From NCBI GenBank assembly GCA_022402445.1, contig JAKRSF010000004.1:562120-586119 (forward strand): a stretch of 24,000 bases of DNA, written 5' to 3'. The first letter of the stretch is position 1, and every line of letters starts with the position of its first letter. Source of the DNA: Cyanobacteriota bacterium (GTDB taxonomy: Bacteria > Cyanobacteriota > Cyanobacteriia > CACIAM-69d). Position numbers and translations under genes: made by a program. The notes under the pieces are model-generated. The model searched no databases. It worked only from the letters and a program-made list of their open reading frames with translations, and was not told where the DNA came from. Positions 1-10,300 of the stretch are shown here, piece after piece.

Positions 1-208
1 TGCCCGCGAGGGGGCCGATCGCGTCCCCGGCGGCGATTTTGGCGTCCACGGCCCTGGCCTGTTCGAGGGCGATTTCGGGGGTTACGCGCAGGAAGCTGCG
101 GACCTGGGGCTCGCGCTGGTCAATGCGCTCTAGGTAATCCTGGGTGATTTCGACCGCTGAGCGTTCTTTGCTGATGAGCTGTTGGTGCAGTTCGCGAAGC
201 TGTGACAT
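1..208 (-). CDS. gatA: Glutamyl-tRNA(Gln) amidotransferase subunit A, first 69 codons only (gene continues off the left edge)
   Basis: Manual reverse translation from the ATG at 208..206 gives MSQLRELHQQLISKERSAVEITQDYLERI...ARAVDAKIAAGDAIGPLAG. This matches the conserved GatA N-terminus (ELHQQL, KERSAVEIT, AVDAKIAAG..IG.LAG). It is absent from the ORF track because it is truncated. Confidence 0.8.
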   Translation of the reverse strand, partial: MSQLRELHQQLISKERSAVEITQDYLERIDQREPQVRSFLRVTPEIALEQARAVDAKIAAGDAIGPLAG

Positions 209-344
209 GGGGGGCGTAACCTTTCGACCTCGGTGGGGATGGGGATGGAGATGGGAAATAAAGTTTAGGTGGCGTTAGATGGCGGGCGATCGCGGGGGGT
301 GTGCCTCGATAAAGGATACCGAGAAGCGCGCGATCGCGGCTACC

Positions 345-1004
345 TTAGGGGGCTGTGGCGGTGGGAGTGGTGGTCAGGTGCGATCGCGCGGCCGTGACCC
401 AGCCATCAAGGCCATGGCTATTGAGGCGATAGCTGAGGGGATGGGCCACCAGGCGGGCGGTGCTGTGGAAGAGCACTTCAATTTCAATCAGGCCATTTTC
501 CTGGAGGGTGCGGCCCGTGGCGACGAGATCCACGATCGCCTCCGCCATGCCGGTGATCGGTCCCAACTCCACGGAGCCGTAGAGGGGCACCAGATCCACG
601 GGCAGATCCTGGGCCTGGAAATAATCCCGAGCGCAGTTGACAAACTTAGACGCAATGCGGCAGTGGGCGGGCAAATCCAGGGCGCTGCGGTAGGGGCTCG
701 ATCGCGGCACGGCGACGGACATGCGGCATTGGCCAAAGCCCAGATCGAGCAGTTGGGCCACTTGCGGGCGTTTTTCCTGGAGCACGTCATAGCCGACGAC
801 GCCCAGATGGGCCTGACCCGATTCCACATAGACGGGCACATCGCCATTGCGCACCAGCATCGCCCGCCCGCGACCGGTGGGGTCTTCGATTTGCAACTGG
901 CGGTTGCCCGAGTCCAGAAAGGCGCTGAAATCGAGCCCGATGGACTGGAACAGGCGAATGCTGTCGGACAGGAGGGAGCCTTTGGGCAGGGCGACGGTCA
1001 GCAC
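345..1004 (-). CDS. hisG: ATP phosphoribosyltransferase, short form (histidine biosynthesis)
   Basis: ORF 345..1046 contains [56 protein letters not shown] and [32 protein letters not shown], all typical of short HisG. A GTG at 1004..1002 gives the canonical [10 protein letters not shown]-terminus. ATGs at 1046 and 1034 are alternative starts. Confidence 0.9.
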   Translation of the reverse strand: MLTVALPKGSLLSDSIRLFQSIGLDFSAFLDSGNRQLQIEDPTGRGRAMLVRNGDVPVYVESGQAHLGVVGYDVLQEKRPQVAQLLDLGFGQCRMSVAVPRSSPYRSALDLPAHCRIASKFVNCARDYFQAQDLPVDLVPLYGSVELGPITGMAEAIVDLVATGRTLQENGLIEIEVLFHSTARLVAHPLSYRLNSHGLDGWVTAARSHLTTTPTATAP

Positions 1005-1086
1005 GGGGGAAACTCTTGGGGCGTTGGGGTGCATGGACCCGTGCATTGTAGCTGACGGTCTGGATCTCCGGGACTTGGGTTATGCC

Positions 1087-1317
1087 CTAGCGGGATTTGC
1101 TGGGGCCGAGGAGTTGCCATGCGAGGGGGGCGATCGCGCCGAGGCCCAAACCAGCGCCGAACCCGAGGGCCAGCAGCAGGCCAAAGGGGATGGGCACGAG
1201 GGTGATCCCCAAAACGGACAGGGAAATGGGGGTGGCGTTCTGGACGGCGAGCAGGGCGCTCCCCGCGATCGCGCTGGCCCCAACGAGGCTAATCAACAGG
1301 TGGCTGAGGGGTTTCAT
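1087..1317 (-). CDS. Small two-helix membrane protein (LapA/DUF1049-like), 76 aa
   Basis: The ORF has two hydrophobic stretches (LLISLVGASAIAGSALLAV and LVPIPFGLLLALGFGAGLGLGAIAPLA) separated by a short loop. It fits neatly between hisG and the CYTH gene. The family assignment is from memory of the architecture only. Confidence 0.55.
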   Translation of the reverse strand: MKPLSHLLISLVGASAIAGSALLAVQNATPISLSVLGITLVPIPFGLLLALGFGAGLGLGAIAPLAWQLLGPSKSR

Positions 1318-1351
1318 GGCGCAAAAAAACGATCTGGGTCTAGGTCCAACC

Positions 1352-1825
1352 CTAGGGGCTCCATTGGCCGTAGGGGTGGGAGGCCAGGTAGGAGTTACGG
1401 TAGCGCGGATCGTCGGACACCTCCGTTCCTAGCCACTCGGGCCGCTCGAAGGGGTGATCGGGATCATCGAGCTCGATTTCCGCCAGGATCAGCCCCGCGT
1501 TGGCCCCAAGGAATTCATCCACCTCCCAGGCTAGGCCATCGCTGGTGGGGATGCGGTGGCGGATTTTTTCGACGGGGGGCGTGCCGCACAGGTGATCTAG
1601 CAGTTCCTGGGCGTCCGCGAGGGGGATGGGGTATTCGTACTCGGGGCGGGCGAGGCCGGTGGCGGGGCCTTTGATGGTGAGGTAGGCGCGATCGCCTGCT
1701 ATGCGGACCCGGACGGTGCGGGCGTCTTCGATGGCGATGTAGCCCTGGCTGTAGGCGGTGGCAGTGCCCTGGCCGCGCCAGCGATCGCCCTGGACTAGGA
1801 ATTTACGCTCGATTTCAATGCCCAT
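1352..1825 (-). CDS. CYTH-domain protein (CyaB/thiamine-triphosphatase-like triphosphate tunnel metalloenzyme)
   Basis: The N-terminus MGIEIERKFLV carries the ExExK signature of the CYTH family. At 157 aa, the length and the WEVDEF...AEIEL pattern are typical. Confidence 0.8.
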   Translation of the reverse strand: MGIEIERKFLVQGDRWRGQGTATAYSQGYIAIEDARTVRVRIAGDRAYLTIKGPATGLARPEYEYPIPLADAQELLDHLCGTPPVEKIRHRIPTSDGLAWEVDEFLGANAGLILAEIELDDPDHPFERPEWLGTEVSDDPRYRNSYLASHPYGQWSP

Positions 1826-1868
1826 GGCGGTGTGGTGGCGAGGTGGGGAATGGGGCGAAATCTGGGGA

Positions 1869-2882
1869 TCAGGAGGCGGCGGCCCCGAGGATACCGCGAC
1901 TGTATAAAAATGCTTCCACCTGGGCGTGGTTGGGCTGGGACGCGATCGCGCCGGGACGCAGGGTGGTGAGGGCTCCGGCGGCGCTGGCGTAGGTGACGGC
2001 CCGGTGGGCTTCGGCGGGTTCCTGGAGGCGATCGAGGCCCACTTCTAGCAAATGGCGGATGAAGGCCGCCACAAACGCATCCCCGGCCCCGGTGGTGTCG
2101 CGGACGGGCACGGCAAAGGCGGCCAGTTCCCCGATCGCGGTTCCGATCGCATACCGGCAGCCGCGATCGCCATCCGTAATCAACACCCCTTCCAGGTGGT
2201 CATGGCGCGATCGCACCCGCTCCGGCTGATCCGTCTCGAATAGCAACAGGGCTTCTTCCCGAGCCATCTTGAGAAAATCCACCCGCTCGATCAGATCCCG
2301 CATCAGGGGCAGGGCTTCCCCCTCGCCGCCGGACCAGAAAATGGGCCGCCAGTTCACGTCTAGAAAAATCTTGCAAAAGAACTCATCCGCCAAATCCAAC
2401 GCCCGAAACGTGGCCGCGCGGCTGGCGGGGCAGGCGAGGCCCAGGGTGCCCAATACGAGCATCTGCGCCCCTTCAAACAATTCCGGCGGCAGGGCGGCCC
2501 CATCCAGGTAGGCATCGGCGAAGCGATCGCTCGGCACCTCCCCCACGCCCTCGGCCCCAAAGGCGGCAAAGTGGCGATCGCCCTGGTCATCGCGCAGGAC
2601 ATAGACCTCGCGGGTGGGGGCGTCCGGGTGCCGCTGGAGTCCCTGGAGGTTGACGCCGCCCATGCGCAAAATGTCCACCAGGCGATCGCCCGCCCCATCG
2701 CTCCCCAGGCAAGTCAGCAGGGCCGACGCGACCCCCAACTTCGGCAGGGCGCAGGCCACATTCGCTGGGGCACCGCCGGGGTAGGCCGTCCAGGTGTCGA
2801 TCTCGCCTAAATCCAGGCCGGGGCGATCGGCGAGACAATCCCAGAGCATTTCCCCTAGGCACAGTACGCTCGGTGTGGCCAT
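1869..2882 (-). CDS. PfkB-family carbohydrate kinase (fructokinase-like)
   Basis: N-terminal VLCLGEMLWD...GGAPANVA and C-terminal DTTGAGDAFVAAF are the PfkB signatures 1 and 2. Length is 337 aa. Confidence 0.85.
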   Translation of the reverse strand: MATPSVLCLGEMLWDCLADRPGLDLGEIDTWTAYPGGAPANVACALPKLGVASALLTCLGSDGAGDRLVDILRMGGVNLQGLQRHPDAPTREVYVLRDDQGDRHFAAFGAEGVGEVPSDRFADAYLDGAALPPELFEGAQMLVLGTLGLACPASRAATFRALDLADEFFCKIFLDVNWRPIFWSGGEGEALPLMRDLIERVDFLKMAREEALLLFETDQPERVRSRHDHLEGVLITDGDRGCRYAIGTAIGELAAFAVPVRDTTGAGDAFVAAFIRHLLEVGLDRLQEPAEAHRAVTYASAAGALTTLRPGAIASQPNHAQVEAFLYSRGILGAAAS

Positions 2883-3109
2883 GGTGCGTTCCTTCCCTTC
2901 GGACCCGTGGGGCCGGTTTCGACCCGGTACAGATCGAGCATATCAACTCCCTACTGGGGCGCGCGGGGGGCGTAATGTTCTGTGAGAATGGCCGCGATCG
3001 CGCCCCCAACGCCACCTAAAACCGGACGGAAGACGCGATAGAGGATCCAACCGATGGGCCAATCGGGGGCAAGATAATGCAGGGAAACGTGCGGGAGGTC
3101 AGGCCGTTG

Positions 3110-3835
3110 ATGGATGGGCGCTGGATGGGGCGACGCATGGGGCGATGGCTCTGGGGGATCTGCGCGATCGCGGCGATCGCCCTGACGGGGTGTGTGGACT
3201 ATGGCGTGACGGTGCGGTTCCAGGATGCGAACCACGGGGAAATTGTGCAGCGGGTGGCCCTGGGCGATCGCTGGGTGACCCTAGGGGATTCCCTGGCGGC
3301 CCCGTGGCGCACGGCCCTGGAGCGGCAGGCGGAAACCCTCGGCGGTCAGGTGCGATCGCCGGATCCCCAGGAGCTTTGGCTCTCGATTCCCTTTGCCAAT
3401 GGGGCGGACTTGGTGGAGAAATTTGAGGCACTTCTCAAAACCCTGGCCCCCACCGAGGGCGATCGCGCCCCCGCCCAGCCGCCGATCCGGGTGGCGCTCC
3501 ATCAGCAAAATTTCGGGATCGCCGTCCGCAATGACCTCACCCTAGAAGCGGATTTGCGATCGCTGGCGTCCCTGACGGTGGACGGTCAAATTCTGGTGGG
3601 GGCGGAATCCCTGCTGCAATCGAGCTTTGCCCTGGCGGCCCCGTTGATCATCCCCGGCACCTCCACCGGACCCCTGACCCAAGGGGGCGATCGCGTCACC
3701 TGGCCCCTAGAACCGGGCACCCTCAACCACATCGAGGCGGTCTTTTGGGTGCCAAGCTGGTTGGGCATCGGCGCGATCGCGATCGCCTTGATCTGCGGCC
3801 TGGGGGTGGTGTTGCGCGATCGGATCCAGGGTTAG
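3110..3835 (+). CDS. DUF3153-like cyanobacterial lipoprotein with a C-terminal membrane anchor
   Basis: Signal peptide with lipobox (WLWGICAIAAIALTGC), a soluble body, and a C-terminal TM helix (WLGIGAIAIALICGLGVVL). GGGAGG lies 11 nt upstream of the ATG at 3110. ATGs at 3077, 3125 and 3137 are alternative starts. Confidence 0.65.
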   Translation: MDGRWMGRRMGRWLWGICAIAAIALTGCVDYGVTVRFQDANHGEIVQRVALGDRWVTLGDSLAAPWRTALERQAETLGGQVRSPDPQELWLSIPFANGADLVEKFEALLKTLAPTEGDRAPAQPPIRVALHQQNFGIAVRNDLTLEADLRSLASLTVDGQILVGAESLLQSSFALAAPLIIPGTSTGPLTQGGDRVTWPLEPGTLNHIEAVFWVPSWLGIGAIAIALICGLGVVLRDRIQG

Positions 3836-4755
3836 GCGTCGTAATCGATCGGGTACACCCAAGGGCGGTAGGCCGGTTCCCGGTTCGCCACGATCGCCCC
3901 CAGCAGCGTCCGCAGGCGATCAGTAATGGGCCGCTCACTGGGCAGCGTGTAGTTCTCGATCCGCGCGATCGGCGCAATCTTCGCCGCCGTCCCGCACAAA
4001 AACGCCTCATCCGCCACAAACAGCTCCGTCTTATCCACGGGCCGCTCGATCGTCTCAATGCCCAAATCCCGCGCCAGGGTCAGCACACTGTCGCGCGTGA
4101 TGCCCTCCAAAATATCCTGCTCAAATCCCGGCGTAATCAGCTTGCCATCGCGCACCAGGAACACATTCATGCCCGTCGCTTCGCAGACCTTGCCCTGGGC
4201 GTTCATCAAAATCGCCTCATCAAAGCCCGCCTCCACCGCCTCGGTTTTCGCCAGCGACGAGGTGATATAAGCCCCGGCAATCTTGCCACGCAGGGGCAAA
4301 CTGCGGTCCTCCTGGCGGTACCAGGAACTGATGCGGCAGCTCACCCCCTCGCCGGACAGGTAATCGCCCATTTCTAGGCCGTAGATAAAAAAGTCCTTTT
4401 CCACCTTGTGCAGGCGCGGCGCAATGCCCAGATCCGACGTATAGACAAACGGGCGGATATAGAACGACTGGGCGGGGCGATTCTTCCGCACGAAGGTTTC
4501 GATCGCGTCCTGGATCTGATCGGCGGGCAGATCAAAATGCAAAAACTTTGCGCTCTGGCTCAGGCGCTTGCAGTGGCGATCAAGGCGAAACAGCAGCGCC
4601 CGATTGCCATTGTCCGGGTCCGGAATGCCCCGCAGCCCCCCAAAGGCCCCCGTCCCGTAATGGAGCGCATGGGTCGCGATCGACAGATTGGCGTCCTCAA
4701 AGGGGATGAACTGACCGCGATAGTAGGCAACCGGCAGAAAAGATTGGTTGAACAT
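3832..4755 (-). CDS. ilvE: Branched-chain amino acid aminotransferase
   Basis: MFNQSFLPVAYYRGQFIPFEDANLSIATHALHYGTGAFGGLRG and LEGITRDSV...E...V...EL..ADE.F..GTAA are class IV aminotransferase / IlvE patterns. The internal ATG at 4755 gives the usual ~307 aa. The 42-codon upstream extension to 4881 looks non-coding. Confidence 0.9.
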   Translation of the reverse strand: MFNQSFLPVAYYRGQFIPFEDANLSIATHALHYGTGAFGGLRGIPDPDNGNRALLFRLDRHCKRLSQSAKFLHFDLPADQIQDAIETFVRKNRPAQSFYIRPFVYTSDLGIAPRLHKVEKDFFIYGLEMGDYLSGEGVSCRISSWYRQEDRSLPLRGKIAGAYITSSLAKTEAVEAGFDEAILMNAQGKVCEATGMNVFLVRDGKLITPGFEQDILEGITRDSVLTLARDLGIETIERPVDKTELFVADEAFLCGTAAKIAPIARIENYTLPSERPITDRLRTLLGAIVANREPAYRPWVYPIDYDA

Positions 4756-4851
4756 GGCGTCTAGGACAAGGGCTACAAAATTAAGGACGACGGGGTGGGG
4801 GCGCGATCGCGGGTCGTCAAACCGTACTTCAGCGGCGCAGATCAGGGAATT

Positions 4852-4881
4852 AGACAAGGGAATGGCAGCCCCTTGCCCCAC
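4852..4881 (+). repeat. Hairpin module copy A: AGACAAGGGA-atggca-GCCCCTTGCCCCAC (ychF-ilvE spacer)
   Basis: Read directly from the sequence. CAAGGG/CCCTTG forms a 6-bp stem. The copy is near-identical to the one at 12559..12587 on the opposite strand. Confidence 0.8.
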
Positions 4882-4898
4882 TGGGATTGCCTCAGCCG

Positions 4899-5990
4899 CT
4901 ATACATTGAACCGGAACAACAGCACATCCCCTTCCTGGACCGTGTACTCCTTGCCTTCACTGCGCACCAGCCCCTTTTCCTTGGCGGCGGCCATGGAGCC
5001 GTGGGTGGTCAGGTCAGCGTAGGCCACGGTTTCGGCGCGGATGAAGCCCCGTTCAAAGTCCGAATGGATCACCCCCGCCGCCTGGGGAGCCAACATGCCC
5101 GCCCGGATGGTCCAGGCGCGGGTTTCCTTCGGCCCGGAGGTGAAGTAGGTCCGCAGGCCCAGCAGTTCATAGGTGGCGCGGATCAGGGTTTTGAGGCCCC
5201 CTTCGGTGACGCCGAGGGATTCGAGGAAGTCGGCGCGTTCTTCGTCGCTCAGGTCCACCAGTTCCGCTTCCACCTGGGCGGAGATGACGGCCACTTGGGC
5301 ATTTTCGGCGGCGGCTAGCTCCCGCACCTGCTCGACCCAGGCGTTGCCGGTGGCGAGGTCATCTTCGGAGACGTTGGTGCCGTAGATGATGGGCTTGCGG
5401 GTCAGGAGGCCGAGGGGTTTGACGAAGATTTCTTCCTCTTCGTCCAGATCCAGCAATCGGGCAGGCTGGCCGCTTTCGAGGGTTTTCTGGATTTTTTCGA
5501 GGATTTCGAGTTCGGTGCGGGCGTCCTTGTTGGCTTTGGCTTGCTTGCGGACGCGATCGCAGCGCCGTTCCACCTGGGCCAGGTCCGCGAGGATCAGTTC
5601 GAGGTTGATGACTTCGATATCGCGGATGGGATCAACGGAGCCATCGACGTGGATGATGTCTTCGCTGTCGAAGCAGCGCACCACATGGACGATCGCGTCC
5701 ACCTCGCGGATGTTGGCCAGGAATTGATTGCCCAGCCCTTCCCCCTTGCTGGCCCCCTTGACCAGGCCCGCGATGTCTACGAATTCGATGCGGGTGGGGA
5801 CGATCGCGTCCGACTGGCTAATTTTGGCGAGTTCATCGAGGCGCGGGTCGGGGACGGAAACGACGCCCACGTTTGGCTCGATGGTGCAGAAGGGGAAGTT
5901 GGCGGCCTCGGCCTTGGCGTTGGCGACGAGGGCATTGAAGAGGGTGGACTTACCGACGTTGGGGAGTCCGACGATTCCGGCTCGGAGCAT
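4899..5990 (-). CDS. ychF: Ribosome-binding ATPase YchF (Obg-like P-loop NTPase)
   Basis: [55 protein letters not shown] and C-terminal TGS-like [18 protein letters not shown]. Length is 363 aa. Confidence 0.95.
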   Translation of the reverse strand: MLRAGIVGLPNVGKSTLFNALVANAKAEAANFPFCTIEPNVGVVSVPDPRLDELAKISQSDAIVPTRIEFVDIAGLVKGASKGEGLGNQFLANIREVDAIVHVVRCFDSEDIIHVDGSVDPIRDIEVINLELILADLAQVERRCDRVRKQAKANKDARTELEILEKIQKTLESGQPARLLDLDEEEEIFVKPLGLLTRKPIIYGTNVSEDDLATGNAWVEQVRELAAAENAQVAVISAQVEAELVDLSDEERADFLESLGVTEGGLKTLIRATYELLGLRTYFTSGPKETRAWTIRAGMLAPQAAGVIHSDFERGFIRAETVAYADLTTHGSMAAAKEKGLVRSEGKEYTVQEGDVLLFRFNV

Positions 5991-6119
5991 AGGGGCTTGG
6001 GGGGTGTGGCGCGGCGCTGGATGGATCGGGATGGGCGAAGGGCCGCGATCGCGGTTCGCTGGCTCCCCGGTTGGTGGGGGCCAGAGTCTTCCTAGCTTAG
6101 CGGAAAGCGATCGCCCCGG

Positions 6120-7151
6120 TCACGGCTCGGGGGAATCAGGGGTTTGGGGATCGCTGCCTGTATCGGTGCCTGTGTCGCTGGCTTCGGATTCTGCGGTGGT
6201 GGCGGCTTCGGAGGGGGCGATCGCGTCGGTCCCTAGATCCGCTTCCGGGGCAGCTTCCGGGGCAACTTCTGGCGAACTTTCGGCGGACGTGTCTAGAGCT
6301 TCAGGAACCTCAGGAATTTCTGGAGTTTCTGAGGGTTCGGTCACCAGTTGAGAGGCGGGCACGGCGATCGCGATGAGGGTATCGTCGCCCTCCTCTTCTT
6401 CCGATTCATCGTCGAGGATCAGATCCGGGGCCATTGCCGGTTCTGGTTCAGTTCCTGTTTCTGGTGCTGCGATCGCCGCCTCCGCAGGCTCCATGACTGC
6501 TTCTGGCTCTATCGCCTCTTCCGTTTCAGGCGCTTCAGCGAGCGGCACCTTCTCCTCAAAGCCGTCCAGCAGCGGCAACAGCCGACTCAGGGGCACCCCC
6601 AGCCGGGTGAACGTGGCATCAATGGTGTCCGCCGCCACGGGATCCAACTGCGCCAGGGTGGCCGTCGGAGTCAGGGCCACCCACAGGGACGCCAACCCCA
6701 TCTGCGCCAACAGGTTCGCCACCAAGAACGCGATCGCCGCCACCAACAGCCCCTGCCAGCGCGGCCCAAAGGGCGTCACATCCGACGCGATCGCCGCCCA
6801 GCGATACAGAAACCCCAAGGCCCCCACCAGGGCGATCGCCCCCACCGCCGCGATCGCCTTAATCGGCCACGCCCGCCAGCGCTGCAAAATCCTGAGCCGC
6901 ACCTCCTCCAACGCCGCCGGCCGCAGGGTCAACCCCGCGATCGCAAACGGATAGAACGGCCTGCCCCACTGCACCGCCAGCACCGGCACCGCCCCCGCGA
7001 TCGCCACCGGCAGCCAATCGAGCCCCCAGGGCAGCAGCGGATCCCCCGCCGCCAGCCCCAGCCAGCACAGCTCCAGCAGCAGCGGCACCGCCGCCAACCC
7101 CGCCCCATGGATCCACAGGAACGAATCGGAACGAACAGAACGCATCGCCAT
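6120..7151 (-). CDS. Cyanobacterial low-complexity-tail membrane protein (polytopic N-terminal half, acidic Pro/Glu/Ala-rich C-terminal half)
   Basis: The N-terminal ~200 aa contain several hydrophobic helices. The C-terminal ~140 aa are PE/EA-rich (ETEEAIEPEAVMEPAEAAIAAPETGTEPEP...SPEVAPEAAPEA...DSPEP). Confidence 0.65.
   Translation of the reverse strand: MAMRSVRSDSFLWIHGAGLAAVPLLLELCWLGLAAGDPLLPWGLDWLPVAIAGAVPVLAVQWGRPFYPFAIAGLTLRPAALEEVRLRILQRWRAWPIKAIAAVGAIALVGALGFLYRWAAIASDVTPFGPRWQGLLVAAIAFLVANLLAQMGLASLWVALTPTATLAQLDPVAADTIDATFTRLGVPLSRLLPLLDGFEEKVPLAEAPETEEAIEPEAVMEPAEAAIAAPETGTEPEPAMAPDLILDDESEEEEGDDTLIAIAVPASQLVTEPSETPEIPEVPEALDTSAESSPEVAPEAAPEADLGTDAIAPSEAATTAESEASDTGTDTGSDPQTPDSPEP
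6241..6264 (-). repeat. Exact 12-bp tandem duplication GCTTCCGGGGCA x2, encoding APEA-APEA in the low-complexity tail
   Basis: Read directly: 6241..6252 and 6253..6264 are identical. Confidence 0.9.
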
Positions 7152-7244
7152 GGCCCACCACTCCCGTCAGCTAGAACGCATCAGCCCAAAATCAACCGAG
7201 CCGCCACTACCCCATCAAACCATCCATCCATCCCCAAACAGAAG

Positions 7245-7279
7245 GGCCGCCCCCCGGTGGGAACGGCCCCGCATCACAT
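7245..7279 (-). terminator. Candidate intrinsic terminator downstream of infB
   Basis: The minus strand reads GGGCCG-ttcccaccgggggg-CGGCCC followed by TTCTGTTT, about 62 nt after the infB stop. The 6-bp GC stem has a rather large loop and an interrupted U-tract. Confidence 0.4.
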
Positions 7280-7340
7280 GGCCTATCGGGGAGAAGACCC
7301 ACCGCGATCGCGGCGACCCCACCCCCCAACCGGGCGCTCC

Positions 7341-10300
7341 CTAGGCACTCAGGGTCCGGCGCTTCGCCACCATCTTGAACGCCTCCAGCACATCCCCCTC
7401 CTGCCATTGGGAGAAGCTATCGACGCCAATACCGCACTCAAAGCCCGTATTGACCTCCTTCACATCATCCCGCATCCGCTTGAGGGAATTGAGACGGCCC
7501 TCATGGACCAACTCCTTACCGCGATGGACCCGCAGCAGACAGTCGCGCACCAGCTTGCCAGACTGCACATAGCAGCCCGCCACGGCCCCACGGCCCACCG
7601 GGAACACCGCCCGCACTTCCGCCTGACCCAGGGGCTCTTCCACCTCCTCCGGATCCAGCAGACCTTCCATGGCCGCCTGGATTTCGTCCAGGAGCTTGTA
7701 GATGACGGCATATTCCCGCACATCCACCCCCGCCTCATCCGCCGCCCGACGGGCACCGGTGGCCAAGGTTGTGTTGAACCCAACGATTACGGCATTACTC
7801 GCCGCCGCCAGATCCACATCCGTCTCCGTGACTTCGCCCGGAGCCGCCAACAGCACCCGCACCTGCACCTCGTTCTGCGGCAGTTGCTGCAACGACCCGA
7901 GGATCGCCTCCACGGAACCCTGCACGTCCGCCTTCAGGATCAGGTTCAACTCCTTGAGTTCCCCTTCCTGGATTTGGCCCGACAGGGTCGTCAGGCTCAC
8001 CCGGCGAGAGGCCATGGCCTGCTGGAGGCGGCTCTGGCGCTGCTCGTCACTGCGATCGGACGCCAGGGCCTTGGCCTCCCGCTCGCTCTCGAACACGTCA
8101 AACTCGTCACCGGCGGCGGGCACGTCATTGAGACCCAGCACCTCCACCGCAAAGGACGGACCCGCCTCATCGACCCGGTTGCCGCGATCGTCCACCATGG
8201 CCCGGACCTTACCCAGGCTCGAACCGGCCAGGAGCACATCCCCGACCCGCAGGGTGCCGTTCTGCACCAGCAGGCTCGCCACCGGACCCCGGGCGCGATC
8301 AAGGTGGGCTTCAATGACCGTCCCCTTCGCGAGGCGATCGGGGTTGGCGGACAGTTCCTCCACCTCGGACACCAGCAGGATGTTCTCCAGCAGTTCGTCC
8401 AGGTTGTCCCCCTTCAGGGCGCTGACGGGCACGACGATCGTGTCGCCGCCCCACTCTTCCGGCACAAGGCCGTGTTCGGACAGTTCCTGCTTGACGCGAT
8501 CGGGGTTGGCCCCCTCCTTGTCGATTTTGTTGACCGCCACCACCATGGGCACCTTGGCGGCCCGAGCGTGGCTGATGGCCTCTAGGGTTTGGGGACGCAC
8601 GCCGTCATCGGCGGCCACAACCAACACGGCGATGTCCGTGACGCGGGTACCCCGGGCGCGCATGGCGGTAAACGCTTCGTGACCGGGCGTGTCCAGGAAG
8701 ACGATCTTCTGGGGTGCGCCGTTGTGCTCCACATCCACGTGGTAGGCCCCGATGTGCTGGGTGATGCCGCCGGCCTCCCCTTGGGCGACCTTGGTTTTGC
8801 GGATCGAGTCCAGCAGGGTGGTTTTACCGTGATCGACGTGGCCCATGATCGTGACGACGGGCGGGCGGCGCTGGAGGCTTTCCAGGTCGCTCAGGTCGAG
8901 CATTTCGGTGACCTTGCGGGCGGCGGATTCCTTGACGGTGGTTTCCACCAGGACGCCCATTTCCTCGGCGACCATGGTGATGGTGGCCATGTCGAGGGTT
9001 TGGTTGATGTTGACGGCCATGCCCTTGAGGAAGAGCCGTTTGATAATTTCCGTCTCGGGCACCACGAGGGTGCGGGCCAGTTCGGCGACGGTCATGTTGT
9101 CCTGAAGGCTCAGGATTTCGGGGCGCTCGGGCCGCAGGTTGCGGGCGGCTTCCCGGCGATCGCGGCTGGGGCGACTGCGGCGTTTGGGGGTGGGGGCCTT
9201 GGTGGGGGCCGGTTGCGGCTTGGGCGATCCGGCACCCTTGGGCTTCGGCGGCCGCGCGATCGACAGGCTCACCTGCTCCCGCTCGGGACCGTTGGCCCCA
9301 TCGAGGCTGTCATCAAATTCTTCGTCGTCATCGAGGTCGATCTGGGTCCGGCGCTTGCCCTTGACCTTCTCTTTGGCGGGGCGCACCTCCGGCCGTTCGT
9401 CTTCCCACACCTTCGCGGTGCCCTTGCGGGGGGTGCGGGTGGGGGTGGGCCGCTTCAGGCGGCTTTCGTAGGTGTCCGTGGTGCCGTCTCCGGCTTCGGT
9501 CCCCGCGTCGGCGCTCGGCTTGGTGGGCCGGGTGGGCTTGTCGAGGAGCTTCACGCTATCTTCTTCGTCCCCCTCAATGCCCCCTGCGGGCACCGGCGCA
9601 CCGGCGGGCTTGACGGGCTTGGGTCGCCGGAGTTCCACAATGGTCGGCTTGGGGCGACCCGCATCGGTGACGGGGGCTCCTTTCTCTCCACCGGCGGCCT
9701 TGGTGGGGCCGGGGCGACTGGGGCCGGGGCGGCTGGGTTTGGAGGGGGGGGCCAGCCGGGGGGTGGGGGCGGAGACGGTGCTAGCGCTGGGGGCCGGGGC
9801 GGTCTGGCGGGCGGGGGGCTTCACCAGTTTGGGGGGCTCGGGCCGCGCCACTAGCTTGACCTCTGGCTTGGGATCGGCCTTGGGCTCCGGCTTCGGTGGC
9901 GGGGCGATCGCTCCCCCCTCTGGGGCCGTCTCTGGAGCGCTGTTGGCACTGGGCGCGATCGGCTTGGGCACCGTGCGCGGCGCGGCCGGACGGGCGGGGG
10001 GCGACACTAACTTGGCTGCATTCGGTCTCGGGGCGGGCGGTTGCGGTGGCGTGGGGGAATCGGACATGGAGGGACGGACGGGTTTAGTCACTGGGCGAGT
10101 CTGGGTGCTGCGAATTTCCAAGATTTTTTGGGGAGCATTGCTGCCTTGGGGGTCGCCGCCGGGGCTGGGGGGAGACGCGGGAGAACTGGGCCGGACTGGG
10201 GCAACTGGCGGAGCGGGCGGGCGGCTAGCTGGCTGGTTCTTGGCTTCGCTGCGAATGCGCACAGCATCATCTTCATCAATTGTGCTGCTGTGGCTTTTGG

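Noticed and set aside
2951-3235. A 94-aa minus-strand ORF in the kinase/DUF3153 divergent region, whose C-terminal part (LAPDWPIGWILYRVFRPVLGGVGGAIAAILTEH) looks like a small membrane peptide
   Set aside because: The only start codon is at 3235, which gives a Pro/Arg-rich, non-coding-looking N-terminus that overlaps the 5' end of the DUF3153-like gene. I saw no ATG, GTG or TTG directly upstream of the hydrophobic part. It cannot be supported as a gene from the sequence alone.
6348-8585. A 745-aa plus-strand ORF, with similar long ORFs at 279..1055, 8589..9854, 9472..10374, 11374..12606, 13098..13727, 19415..20473 and 21489..22979
   Set aside because: All lie antisense to, or in alternative frames of, genes with clear conserved-family signatures. 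Their translations are low-complexity R/P/G/H/Q-rich strings with no recognisable domains. 6348..8585 even runs across an intergenic region. Long stop-free antisense frames are an expected artefact of high GC and GC3 codon bias.
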